IMG/VR virus record: IMGVR_UViG_3300045922_000503
Span: 35,250 to 99,249 of that record
Strand: one strand, 5' to 3'
From: a virus
DNA: 64,000 bases
Position 1 is the first letter of the stretch. Each line of letters starts with the position of its first letter. The position numbers and the translations under genes are program-made. Shown one piece after another: positions 9,759 through 18,731 of the stretch. Under the pieces are notes generated by a model that saw nothing but the letters and a program-made list of their open reading frames with translations, was not told where the DNA came from and did no database searches.

Positions 9759-9787
9759 TTGTCATCCGCATCTCGAAGTAGTATCCT
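9759..9787 (+). promoter_or_regulatory. sigma70-like promoter TTGTCA-N17-TATCCT
   Basis: Lies in the 9704-9839 intergenic gap, with exact 17-nt spacing, about 50 nt upstream of ORF 9840. Confidence 0.6.
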
Positions 9788-9839
9788 ATCCTAGCGGGTC
9801 CCTACTTCTCTTCCATCCGTCACGAGCGAGCTAGGTCAC

Positions 9840-10217
9840 ATGACTCCTTCTCTCCGTCTCTACACGTTTCAGAAGATGTCGCTCTCCCACGACGTGGTAA
9901 CTGGAGGATCGATTGGGGGATCGATTGGGCTGGTCGGCGGCGGCCTCGGCGGGGCACTAATCGGGCAGATCGGGGTGGCCGAGGCTAGAGATAGGTTGCA
10001 GCGCAGCGCAGACGAGCTTGCACGGGTAAAAGCTTCTCCTGTCCCTTCTTTTGCGGCACTAGACTGGGCAAAGAAGGAGCTTATGGACTCTGAAGACTGG
10101 CTGAAAACAGCCCGTAGGTATCGACGGGCCGGCATCGGCGCCGCTGGCATTGGCGCTGGACTCGTGGGCGCCGGCGTGGGCGCCCTAGCGGGCGCCCTTT
10201 CTAGGAAAACCCCATGA
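9840..10217 (+). CDS. Glycine-zipper protein with K-x-S leader
   Basis: Leader MTPSLRLYTFQKMS; two long GxxxG repeats. Confidence 0.72.
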   Translation: MTPSLRLYTFQKMSLSHDVVTGGSIGGSIGLVGGGLGGALIGQIGVAEARDRLQRSADELARVKASPVPSFAALDWAKKELMDSEDWLKTARRYRRAGIGAAGIGAGLVGAGVGALAGALSRKTP

Positions 10218-11767
10218 CCTCTGCACTCCAGCGCCACATCCTGGCCAAGCTCTCCGAGGTGGTCACCGATCTGCAGCCTCATCAGTTGAGAGTTCGGGAG
10301 CGCCTTCGTGAGTCCCCAGGGTTGGTCATCGCCCATGGTCTAGGGTCAGGAAAGACGCTTTCCGCCTTAGCCATCGCGGATGATGTAGGGGGGGACGCCA
10401 CCTTTATCGTCCCGGCGTCCTTGAAGTCGAACCTGGATAAGGAAAGGCGCAGGCACCTGCAGGACGAGAACTTCATCGCGGCTATAGACTCACTGCAGCG
10501 CACAGGTTTGCAGCGGGGGGACAACCTCCCTGGAGGAGATGTCCTTGTCGTCGATGAGGCTCACCGCATCCGGGAGCAAGGGGAGGCTCAATCGGCGCTG
10601 CGCCGCCGTAGGAGAGACTACCGCAAGGCTGCACTCCTGACCGCCACTCCTGTGTTCAATCGACCGTCCGACATCGCACCGTTGGTCAACATCGCCGCAG
10701 GGTCGCGAATCCTCCCAGAAGGCCAGGAGTTCGACGCGCAGTATGTTAGGGAGGAGGTCGTCAAGCCTTCTCTTTGGGGTAAAATAAGAGGCGTCGCGCC
10801 CGGCACCCGCAAGACCCTGACCAACAGGCAAGATCTCCGGCAGAGGCTTCGGCAGTGGGTGGACTACCACGCCAACTCGACGGAAGGTTTCCCGGAGCGG
10901 GTGGATGAGGAGGTGCTGGTGCCACTGACAGGCAAGCAGCGACAGACCTACGACGCCGTCATGGGGCAAGCACCAGCCTGGGTGCAGTACAAGGTCAGAA
11001 GTGGGCTTCCGCCATCGAAATCAGAAGCGAAGCAGCTGAACGCATTCCTATCTGCAGCGAGACAGACAGCCACATCCGAGTTCGGCTTCAACACGGGTCT
11101 GACAGCTGTCGAGGCCGCGCAGCGGTCCGGGAAGATTACGGCAGCAGTCAACCGGCTGCAGAAGCAGATCCAAGACGACCCCACTCACAAGTCCGTCATC
11201 TACAGCAACTTCCTGGACGCCGGCCTAGAGCCCACCGCCGCCGCGCTAGACCAAGCTGGTATTCCTTTTGCCCGGTTCACGGGGAAGGAGAAGCCCAAAG
11301 ATCGGGATGCTGCAATCAAGGCGTACAACGAAGGAAGGGTCGCAGCCTTGCTGGTGTCCAGCGCAGGAGGCGAGGGCCTGGACCTCAAGGGAACTCGCTC
11401 TATCAAGGTGCTGGAGCCCCACTGGAATGATCCTAAGCTGGACCAGGTGATCGGCCGAGGCATCCGGTTCGGTAGCCACGCGCACCTACCGGAGGACCAA
11501 CGAAACGTGGTGGTAGAGCGGTACCTGTCCCGCAACCCCGATACGCTCGGGACTCGAACGGGCAGGTTCTTCCATGGGATCGGGAAGGCGGTCGGCCTCA
11601 CGTCTGGGGAGTACCGAGGGCCTTTGACTGTTGATCAGTACCTCAGTCAGCTGAGCGCGGAGAAGAAGGCACTGACAGATGACTTGACTAGCATTCTGGC
11701 CGAAGGCACGTCAGACTACGAAAGGTACCGTGCCGCCCGGGCCGCCGTCGAGAGGGTGTCGCCGTGA
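10214..11767 (+). CDS. SNF2-family / NPH-I (D6/D11)-like SF2 helicase-ATPase carrying the K-x-S leader
   Basis: LQPHQ, HGLGSGKT (Walker A), VVDEAH, LTATP, SAGGEGLDL, EPHWN, QVIGRGIRFGSH; N-terminus MTSALQRHILAKLS. Confidence 0.9.
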   Translation: MTSALQRHILAKLSEVVTDLQPHQLRVRERLRESPGLVIAHGLGSGKTLSALAIADDVGGDATFIVPASLKSNLDKERRRHLQDENFIAAIDSLQRTGLQRGDNLPGGDVLVVDEAHRIREQGEAQSALRRRRRDYRKAALLTATPVFNRPSDIAPLVNIAAGSRILPEGQEFDAQYVREEVVKPSLWGKIRGVAPGTRKTLTNRQDLRQRLRQWVDYHANSTEGFPERVDEEVLVPLTGKQRQTYDAVMGQAPAWVQYKVRSGLPPSKSEAKQLNAFLSAARQTATSEFGFNTGLTAVEAAQRSGKITAAVNRLQKQIQDDPTHKSVIYSNFLDAGLEPTAAALDQAGIPFARFTGKEKPKDRDAAIKAYNEGRVAALLVSSAGGEGLDLKGTRSIKVLEPHWNDPKLDQVIGRGIRFGSHAHLPEDQRNVVVERYLSRNPDTLGTRTGRFFHGIGKAVGLTSGEYRGPLTVDQYLSQLSAEKKALTDDLTSILAEGTSDYERYRAARAAVERVSP

Positions 11768-11769
11768 CC

Positions 11770-12159
11770 ATGAGCAACGTCAGCATGTCCTACGCGCTGG
11801 AAAAGCTATCCAGAATCGGTAACTACGGGATCAACTGGGAGAAGGAGGCAAACCGTCTGGCAGCGGATGAGGCTGCAGCAAGGAGAGTCAGTCTCTGGCT
11901 GAAAGCGAATAATGCACTCCCGTTCGAGGTCAAGATGAAGGGAGCGGCCCCGACGCCCAGTAGCGTTGCGCCGCAACTCCCACCGGCTGCTGTGCGGTCG
12001 AGGTGGGGGCGGTTTGGGGCTATCGGGGCCGGTGTAGGGTTGCTGGGTGCAGCGGGCGCCGGTGGGTATGCAGTCGGGGGTAAGCACGGGTACGGCAGGG
12101 CTGAACAGGACATCTACGACGCCATCACGCAGCAGCAGTCTCGACAGTACTCAGGGTGA
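11770..12159 (+). CDS. K-x-S leader protein with C-terminal glycine-rich membrane anchor
   Basis: MSNVSMSYALEKLS; RWGRFGAIGAGVGLLGAAGAGGY. Confidence 0.7.
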   Translation: MSNVSMSYALEKLSRIGNYGINWEKEANRLAADEAAARRVSLWLKANNALPFEVKMKGAAPTPSSVAPQLPPAAVRSRWGRFGAIGAGVGLLGAAGAGGYAVGGKHGYGRAEQDIYDAITQQQSRQYSG

Positions 12160-12168
12160 CCGGCCGTG

Positions 12169-12633
12169 ATGAAGGTATCCCATAGATGCGCCCTGCGGAA
12201 GCTGTCCGCTCTGTACCGAAACGGGCAGCCTCTGTCGCTAGAGCAGGGTAAACAGTGGACAGACCTGGACGTCGATGCGCTAGAGCGGAAGATGGTGGCG
12301 GAGGGCAGGCCTCCATTTACAGAGGAACAGCGGCGACGAGCATCGCCCCGTCGCACCCGCTCCGTGCCTCAGCCTCCTGTGGTATCGACAGCTTCGCCTT
12401 TGCAAGATACAGTAGCACCGACACGGGCTGCACCAGCGCCCGTTTCAGTTACGGCTCCTCCGGCGGCTGTTCCCACCCCAGGTACGATGGCACCCCCTAC
12501 TCCCCAGTCAGCGGGAACCGCGACTGCTAGTCGAGTCTCTCCCCACATGCCAGGTAGGTGGAGACCCTACGCAGCTGCAGGAGCGCTCGGGTTAGGAGCT
12601 GGGTATCTAGGCGGACGATTGGTAGGAGGATGA
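12169..12633 (+). CDS. K-x-S leader protein with Pro/Thr-rich linker and C-terminal glycine anchor
   Basis: MKVSHRCALRKLS; ends YAAAGALGLGAGYLGG. Confidence 0.7.
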   Translation: MKVSHRCALRKLSALYRNGQPLSLEQGKQWTDLDVDALERKMVAEGRPPFTEEQRRRASPRRTRSVPQPPVVSTASPLQDTVAPTRAAPAPVSVTAPPAAVPTPGTMAPPTPQSAGTATASRVSPHMPGRWRPYAAAGALGLGAGYLGGRLVGG

Positions 12634-12637
12634 CACA

Positions 12638-12715
12638 ATGAACCCTCGTAGCCGATGCGCCCTAGCAACAGATCTTTCCCCCAAGAGGCCACATGGCAAT
12701 GAACTCGTCTCTTAG
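12638..12715 (+). pseudogene. Truncated leader-only remnant ORF (MNPRSRCAL...)
   Basis: Strong SD AGGAGG; start resembles MKVSHRCALRKLS and MNARSCLIKLAS but lacks K-x-S and stops after 25 codons inside the next gene. Confidence 0.35.
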
Positions 12716-13154
12716 ACTCTACGCCCTATCGAAGGTTTCTTCTCTCTCGGAGGCAGCTACCTATGGGGGTGTAGGCCTTCATGCTGGCGTTTTGGGAGGC
12801 GCTGCGCTCGGATACGCATCACCGGAGAGCGCCAAGGCACGGGCAGGTCTGAAGGCTGAACGTGCCGCCAACGCCGCAGCTTTGGCCGCGGGCCCGACGG
12901 ACGATAGACTGCTCCAGAAGGGCCTAGCTATGACCTTCGACAAGAACGCGCCCGGTGCCCTAACCGATAAAATGGTAGACGCTCTCTATAACCCTGCGTC
13001 TAGTCAGGTTGACCTCCGTCGTGTCGACCGGCTATTGGATACGAACAACGCGGCTCAAGCGTACCGTAGGGTGTACGGCCAGATGGGCAGATATGGGGCG
13101 GCAGGGGCTCTGGGGCTTGGAGCTCTTGGGGCAGGCGTCGGGCTTTTCTCGTAA
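12693..13154 (+). CDS. Glycine-zipper protein with K-x-S leader
   Basis: MNSSLRLYALSKVSS; glycine helices at both ends; GAGGCCAC-ATG start context. Confidence 0.72.
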   Translation: MAMNSSLRLYALSKVSSLSEAATYGGVGLHAGVLGGAALGYASPESAKARAGLKAERAANAAALAAGPTDDRLLQKGLAMTFDKNAPGALTDKMVDALYNPASSQVDLRRVDRLLDTNNAAQAYRRVYGQMGRYGAAGALGLGALGAGVGLFS

Positions 13155-13163
13155 AGGTGGGAC

Positions 13164-14057
<894 letters not shown>

Positions 14058-14220
14058 CCCGGTAGCACCCATGGGTACCGCGTCCCAACGCTGAAACCGT
14101 CGTACGTGTCAAAGAAGCAACCTGCCCCGAATACGTCGGCCTGCGCAAGAGGGTACTTGGCAGGCCGGCGGTAACGTGACATCATCACGAGAGTCAGCAC
14201 CCACCTCTGAGAGCGACACC

Positions 14221-14955
14221 ATGAATGCACGGTCCTGTTTGATCAAGCTGGCCTCGGAAAGCGAGGAAGAGGAGCGGCGGCGCCGCCTCCGAGCCGCCGC
14301 CAATATGACCAAGGACGTAGCTGTTCCCACCGCGGTAGGTGCAGGAGCAGGTCTACTGGCTGGCGCAGTCGGAGGCAGCGCCATTGGAGCTGGCATGGGG
14401 GCCCTAAGCGTGGGAGGCCTGGGGTATGGAGTTCGCCAGGCCCTCCGAAATAGCCCGAACCCCCAAGCCGCCAGCATCCTATCCGCTATCCCTCGTCGTA
14501 CCCTAGCGGTCGGCACAGCACTGGGCGCCTTGGCTGGTGGCGCTGGAGGAGCACTTATGGGGGCTCAGACACTCCTGCCGCTGGGCGCCTTGGCAGGCGC
14601 AGGCGTGGGCGGTCTCAACGTCGCCAACAAAGCCGCGACGGGCCAGTACAAGGGGTCTTCCCCGGGGTACGTGGAGTACAATGGGTACGAAGAGCCTCCC
14701 AGTGTCCTCGGAGGTACGGCACGCGGCGCCTTGGGAGGCGCAGCCATCGGCGCCGGAGTCGGGGCAGCACTGCTAGGTGCACGAGGTCTTGCGCGTAGGT
14801 TCGGGGGTGAATCTGTCCGCGAAATGGCAGAGCTTTCGCGCCTCTCGAACCCAGCAAGACCCGTCCTAGGGATCTCCACTCTGGGGTTCGCTACCCCGGG
14901 CGCGATCTACGGCGGAGTCTCCGCCTCGCGTGATCGACGGCGGAGAGGGTACTGA
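14221..14955 (+). CDS. Multi-glycine-zipper protein
   Basis: MNARSCLIKLAS leader; at least five GxxxG helices. Confidence 0.72.
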   Translation: MNARSCLIKLASESEEEERRRRLRAAANMTKDVAVPTAVGAGAGLLAGAVGGSAIGAGMGALSVGGLGYGVRQALRNSPNPQAASILSAIPRRTLAVGTALGALAGGAGGALMGAQTLLPLGALAGAGVGGLNVANKAATGQYKGSSPGYVEYNGYEEPPSVLGGTARGALGGAAIGAGVGAALLGARGLARRFGGESVREMAELSRLSNPARPVLGISTLGFATPGAIYGGVSASRDRRRRGY

Positions 14956-15735
14956 ATGAAGCGGTCCTCCGCGCTACCTCCTGACCATCCTGAGTACTCG
15001 AGTGCAGGAGCCCGACTCTCCAAGGGCGGTGCGCTCGTAGGTTCGGGACTAGGGATGGTAGGCGGGTTAGGTATTGGGGCGTTGTCCAACCGAATCGGAG
15101 GATTCTCTAAAGTTCCTGCCCGACTCAACCTGGCCGCGTCTACCGCAGTCGGGACTCTGGCAGCGGGGGGATCCGGCGGGGCACATGGGTACATGGCCGG
15201 GCAGTTGGGCTCGGCTGCGTTTCCAGATGCCTCCCTCTTTGACCAGGCCGTAGTAGGCCGTGCTACCATTGGAGCAGCCAAGTCTACCGGGCTGGGCCCT
15301 GTTTTCGCTGCTATTGGAGGGGCTGTAGGTGCGCTACGAGGCGCAGCGGATGCCGGGGCTACCCACCTGGTTGAGAAGTTCTCTCAGGAGATGGAGGGGA
15401 CTCCTGCCCTCGACAGCCCGGACGCCGTGGAAGAAGAAGCCCCTAAATGGAAGATTCGCATGCCCTCCCCTGCGGCACAGGGGGTGCGATCCGGGTCGAC
15501 GCTGGGGGCCTTGGCCGGCGCAGGAATCATGGGGGTCGTAGGCGCTCGACGCCACGGCATGGAGGCTCCTTTGTGGGCTGCCTTTGACACATTCAGGGGT
15601 GGGGTCGCTGGGGGAGCTCTTGGAGGCATTGCAGGCGGAGTGGTCGGCGGGATACGTGGCAAGCAGTCGTCCGCGGCTCGTACGGCTCTGGAAATCGCAG
15701 CTGACTTTACGAGGCGCAGGCAGACGGGGGTGTAA
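14956..15735 (+). CDS. Multi-glycine-zipper protein
   Basis: GxxxG helices; KRSS, EKFS and KQSS motifs. Confidence 0.7.
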   Translation: MKRSSALPPDHPEYSSAGARLSKGGALVGSGLGMVGGLGIGALSNRIGGFSKVPARLNLAASTAVGTLAAGGSGGAHGYMAGQLGSAAFPDASLFDQAVVGRATIGAAKSTGLGPVFAAIGGAVGALRGAADAGATHLVEKFSQEMEGTPALDSPDAVEEEAPKWKIRMPSPAAQGVRSGSTLGALAGAGIMGVVGARRHGMEAPLWAAFDTFRGGVAGGALGGIAGGVVGGIRGKQSSAARTALEIAADFTRRRQTGV

Positions 15736-16259
15736 TGGCGACCTCTCGCAGCCGCCCTATCGCCCCTCCGCCCCCCGCACCGGCGACTCCTCATGAGGTT
15801 GGGATGCAGCTGGCGTGGAGTGGTGCCACCCAGGGCGCGGGAGGGGGGGCAATGGCTCTGCCCACTGCAGCTAGACTGTCATTCTCTACAGGCTGGCTGC
15901 CTAAGACTCAAAAGGGCAGGTCGTTGGCTGCTACTGGGCTGATGGGGGTAGGCGGATTGCTGGGGACCGCCCAAGGGTACCTGGGGGGGCAGATCGGAGC
16001 GAGAATCGCCCCAAACGCTAACATTCGGGACCAGTCGACCTTGGGGCACGCGGCTCTGTACGCGGCTCCCTTTGCCCTATTGCCCCCCGTAGCGATAGCC
16101 GCCGGGGTAGCAGGAGCGGTGGCGGGGGTCGGTACAGGGTTGGCGGCCGAGGCGTATGCGGACCCACAGATCGAAAAGGTATCGCAGGCCCCTCGCACGT
16201 CTGATGTGCTGAGAGGCTGGTGCGTCTACTCACTGGCCATTGGGGCGGGTCAGCAGTAA
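15735..16259 (+). CDS. Glycine-zipper protein
   Basis: TAATG overlap; paralogous core with the previous gene (GYLGGQIG vs GYMAGQLG); EKVS before a C-terminal tail. Confidence 0.68.
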   Translation: MATSRSRPIAPPPPAPATPHEVGMQLAWSGATQGAGGGAMALPTAARLSFSTGWLPKTQKGRSLAATGLMGVGGLLGTAQGYLGGQIGARIAPNANIRDQSTLGHAALYAAPFALLPPVAIAAGVAGAVAGVGTGLAAEAYADPQIEKVSQAPRTSDVLRGWCVYSLAIGAGQQ

Positions 16260-16456
16260 TCCGTACCGGGCGCTGCGTCCTCGATCTCTTTGTCCCAGAG
16301 GGCAGGCTTCTCCTGCTCGGGGGTCGTCTTGGCGGCGGGAAGACGGATCTGTCGAGCTGCGGCGGCAGCATCGCCGGAGGGTGGGGGCAATGGAATCACG
16401 GACAGGAGGGCCTGAACAGCGGGGTGGCAGGTAGCGTTCTCTGCGTTGGTAGGCAC
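16250..16456 (-). CDS. Hypothetical protein
   Basis: Fills the gap between + strand genes, directly downstream of the 16705 minus gene. Confidence 0.4.
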   Translation of the reverse strand: MPTNAENATCHPAVQALLSVIPLPPPSGDAAAAARQIRLPAAKTTPEQEKPALWDKEIEDAAPGTDYC

Positions 16457-16465
16457 GGTAGCCTC

Positions 16466-16705
16466 TCAGGAAAGACTCAAGATGTAAGCGTGGACGACTG
16501 GCCAGGCTCCAACCTTGATGGTGATAGGGGGTTGGGATGATGGGTGGCGCTCTACCACCCACTGCCCGTCGGGAAGGTCAGGATCTGGGGAGGTCAAGCA
16601 CCCGACTACGTAGGTACTATCAGGCGATTTCCATCCAGGACGGCTCACCGTCTTCGACCATGCCCGCGCAGTGAAGAACTCAAGAGGGGTAGGTACTGCA
16701 GTCAT
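16466..16705 (-). CDS. Hypothetical protein (putative early gene)
   Basis: Globular-looking ORF MTAVPTPLEFF...; GGACATAA motif variant 38 nt upstream. Confidence 0.45.
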   Translation of the reverse strand: MTAVPTPLEFFTARAWSKTVSRPGWKSPDSTYVVGCLTSPDPDLPDGQWVVERHPSSQPPITIKVGAWPVVHAYILSLS

Positions 16706-16834
16706 TCGATGTCCAGGGGCAGAGGAAAGAGGTATCGCAGCCCTTATGTCCAACAACGAGGAACTTGTCCACGCCTGTCCCTCGTGCTACCCTCAGGAGA
16801 GGCGCCCCCGCCACCTCAGACAAGCAGAGGCCAC

Positions 16835-17638
16835 ATGCGTCCCTACTACAAGAGATCTTCCCTTCAAGAAGTTGCCGACCTGGCGCAACAAAAGTCCGTG
16901 CTCCCTCTAGGCCTCATCGGGGCCGGAGCAGGCGGGCTGGCAGGTCTTGGACTAGGAAGCCTCGTTGGCAAAGCAATTGGAAGGCGGGTCAGCCCTGTGA
17001 CGCATACGCTTATGGCGCTGGGCGCGGCAGGGTCGGGCGCGAGCGTTGGTGTAGACTGGGCTAACCGGAATGCTATCGCAGATGCTCGCGACCAGGTCAT
17101 TGGCCGGATGAGTGACGACGATCTGTCGAGGGCAAGGTCACTGATGGCCCTCGAGCATGCGTACACTACGGGGAGGATGGGAGTAGACGCAACGGACAGG
17201 TACGAGCGTATGTACGAGGAACTCCCTGTCGACCCGTACGACGGGCCAATCAACGCGCGGGGAGCGCGCGCAGCTATGCTCGGGGCCCAGGCATTGGGGG
17301 CGGCTGGTCTAGTCGGAGCCATCAACCCGTTCGGGGCACAAGGCGTTAGAAGGGCGGCGGCACCATTGGCAGCAGCGCTCGGCGTGACCGGTATCGGTCT
17401 GATGAGAGACCCTTCCGGTAGACTCCCGAAGGGAGACAGGGACCATATGCGTAAGATGGGCCCTATGGTTATTGGCGGCGGTCCCGGCAATCGCGTGGCA
17501 CCGCCGCTCCGGTCTACTCAGACTGCATTTGATGCGGCGGACAACGAGTTCAACCTGCGGAATGCTCTGCGAGGTCTATCCAAGCAGTCGTCAGCTCCTC
17601 TCCTTCGCCGCGGAGCCGACTATCTCTACTGGGGCTAA
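16835..17638 (+). CDS. Glycine-zipper protein
   Basis: Start reassigned to GAGGCCAC-ATG at 16835 (MRPYYKRSS); GxxxG helices; C-terminal KQSS tail. Confidence 0.7.
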   Translation: MRPYYKRSSLQEVADLAQQKSVLPLGLIGAGAGGLAGLGLGSLVGKAIGRRVSPVTHTLMALGAAGSGASVGVDWANRNAIADARDQVIGRMSDDDLSRARSLMALEHAYTTGRMGVDATDRYERMYEELPVDPYDGPINARGARAAMLGAQALGAAGLVGAINPFGAQGVRRAAAPLAAALGVTGIGLMRDPSGRLPKGDRDHMRKMGPMVIGGGPGNRVAPPLRSTQTAFDAADNEFNLRNALRGLSKQSSAPLLRRGADYLYWG

Positions 17639-17642
17639 AACA

Positions 17643-17667
17643 AGGCCCCGCTGCTACAGCGGGGCCT
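17643..17667 (-). terminator. Intrinsic terminator between convergent genes
   Basis: 11-bp perfect stem aggccccgctg/cagcggggcct; followed by TGTTTT on the minus strand. Confidence 0.7.
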
Positions 17668-17713
17668 CCCTCACGCGCCTAGACGCGCAATCACCGGCGG
17701 CGCGGTCTTCCAA

Positions 17714-18385
17714 TCAGGCACGTACCTCCGAGGAGACAGCCTCCTGACTCACGGCCCGGGCGATGTCCTCCCACATTTCGTCGATCAAGCTCAGCCGAGC
17801 ACGCTCAGCTGCCCTGCGGAAGTAGCCCTCATGCGCCATACGGAGTCTCCGTACGTGGTCCTTATCCCCTGTTGCCCCGCACACGCGGTGGAACAGGGCG
17901 TCGTCTTTGCCCCCACAGGAGCCCCGCAGCAGCCGTAAAGCGTCCTCTTTTACTCGACGTTCTACGCCCGCCGCTACGGCAGCCACGACTACCTGGTCCT
18001 CCTCTTCCCGACTCAGGGAAAGGCCCATCGCTGCAAGCGTGTTCCGACAGGCGAGAGCGCCCCATCGGTCCCACGCCTGGGAAGCCATGCTCTTGGGGAC
18101 AGGCCCGTCATGGCTATGATCTTTCCACGCCTGCTCCGGGTTGTTGGAGCAGAAGTTGGACCAGTGGGGGTTTCCAAAGGTCATACCCCACGCCCTGTCG
18201 CTGGGGACCAAAGGCGTTTCCCCTGCAAGCACCACCGTCCAAGGACGGTAGTACACCTCCTCCCTTTCGGGGGAGATAACCACCCTTGCTGCCGGAAAGG
18301 CAGTCTTCACGACTGCCACTGCGGCGCTGGCGTCAAAGCTCTTCACTTCCTTCTCCAGAACGACGATGCGCGTAACTGCCACCAT
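17714..18385 (-). CDS. Hypothetical protein (putative early gene)
   Basis: SD AGGAG; GGCCATAA motif about 50 nt upstream; terminator downstream. Confidence 0.75.
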   Translation of the reverse strand: MVAVTRIVVLEKEVKSFDASAAVAVVKTAFPAARVVISPEREEVYYRPWTVVLAGETPLVPSDRAWGMTFGNPHWSNFCSNNPEQAWKDHSHDGPVPKSMASQAWDRWGALACRNTLAAMGLSLSREEEDQVVVAAVAAGVERRVKEDALRLLRGSCGGKDDALFHRVCGATGDKDHVRRLRMAHEGYFRRAAERARLSLIDEMWEDIARAVSQEAVSSEVRA

Positions 18386-18434
18386 GACGGATCTCCTGTG
18401 CTTTTGGGAACCTCCATGGTTCCTCCTGGTTATG

Positions 18435-18442
18435 TTATGGCC
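18435..18442 (-). promoter_or_regulatory. GGCCATAA putative phage promoter motif
   Basis: Recurrent motif upstream of non-structural genes. Confidence 0.6.
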
Positions 18443-18731
18443 GCGTAAGTACTTCAGAAGACTAACAAAACCTGCCTCTGCGGAGGACGATTATCCTACA
18501 CAGAGGCAGGTTTGCCGATGTCGTCTTTGCCCCTCAGACGCCATGCCCCCGTCCGTTAGAAACTTCTCGGCGGTATCCCTTAGACTCGGGTCCGCCTCTT
18601 CGACGCACCCTCCCCAGCCGTCTGCGTAGTAGCCCGGACATGCTCGTTGCTCGTGCGCTCCTCTGGGTGTAGATGGAGGTAGACTACCTGCCCCCCGCCG
18701 TGGCTATGGCCATTCTCAGCAGGAGACGCCC

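Noticed and set aside
16544-16834. N-terminal extension of the 364-aa ORF, and a Cys-containing + strand ORF at 16671
   Set aside because: A better start exists at 16835, and the minus strand has plausible genes with an upstream motif variant.
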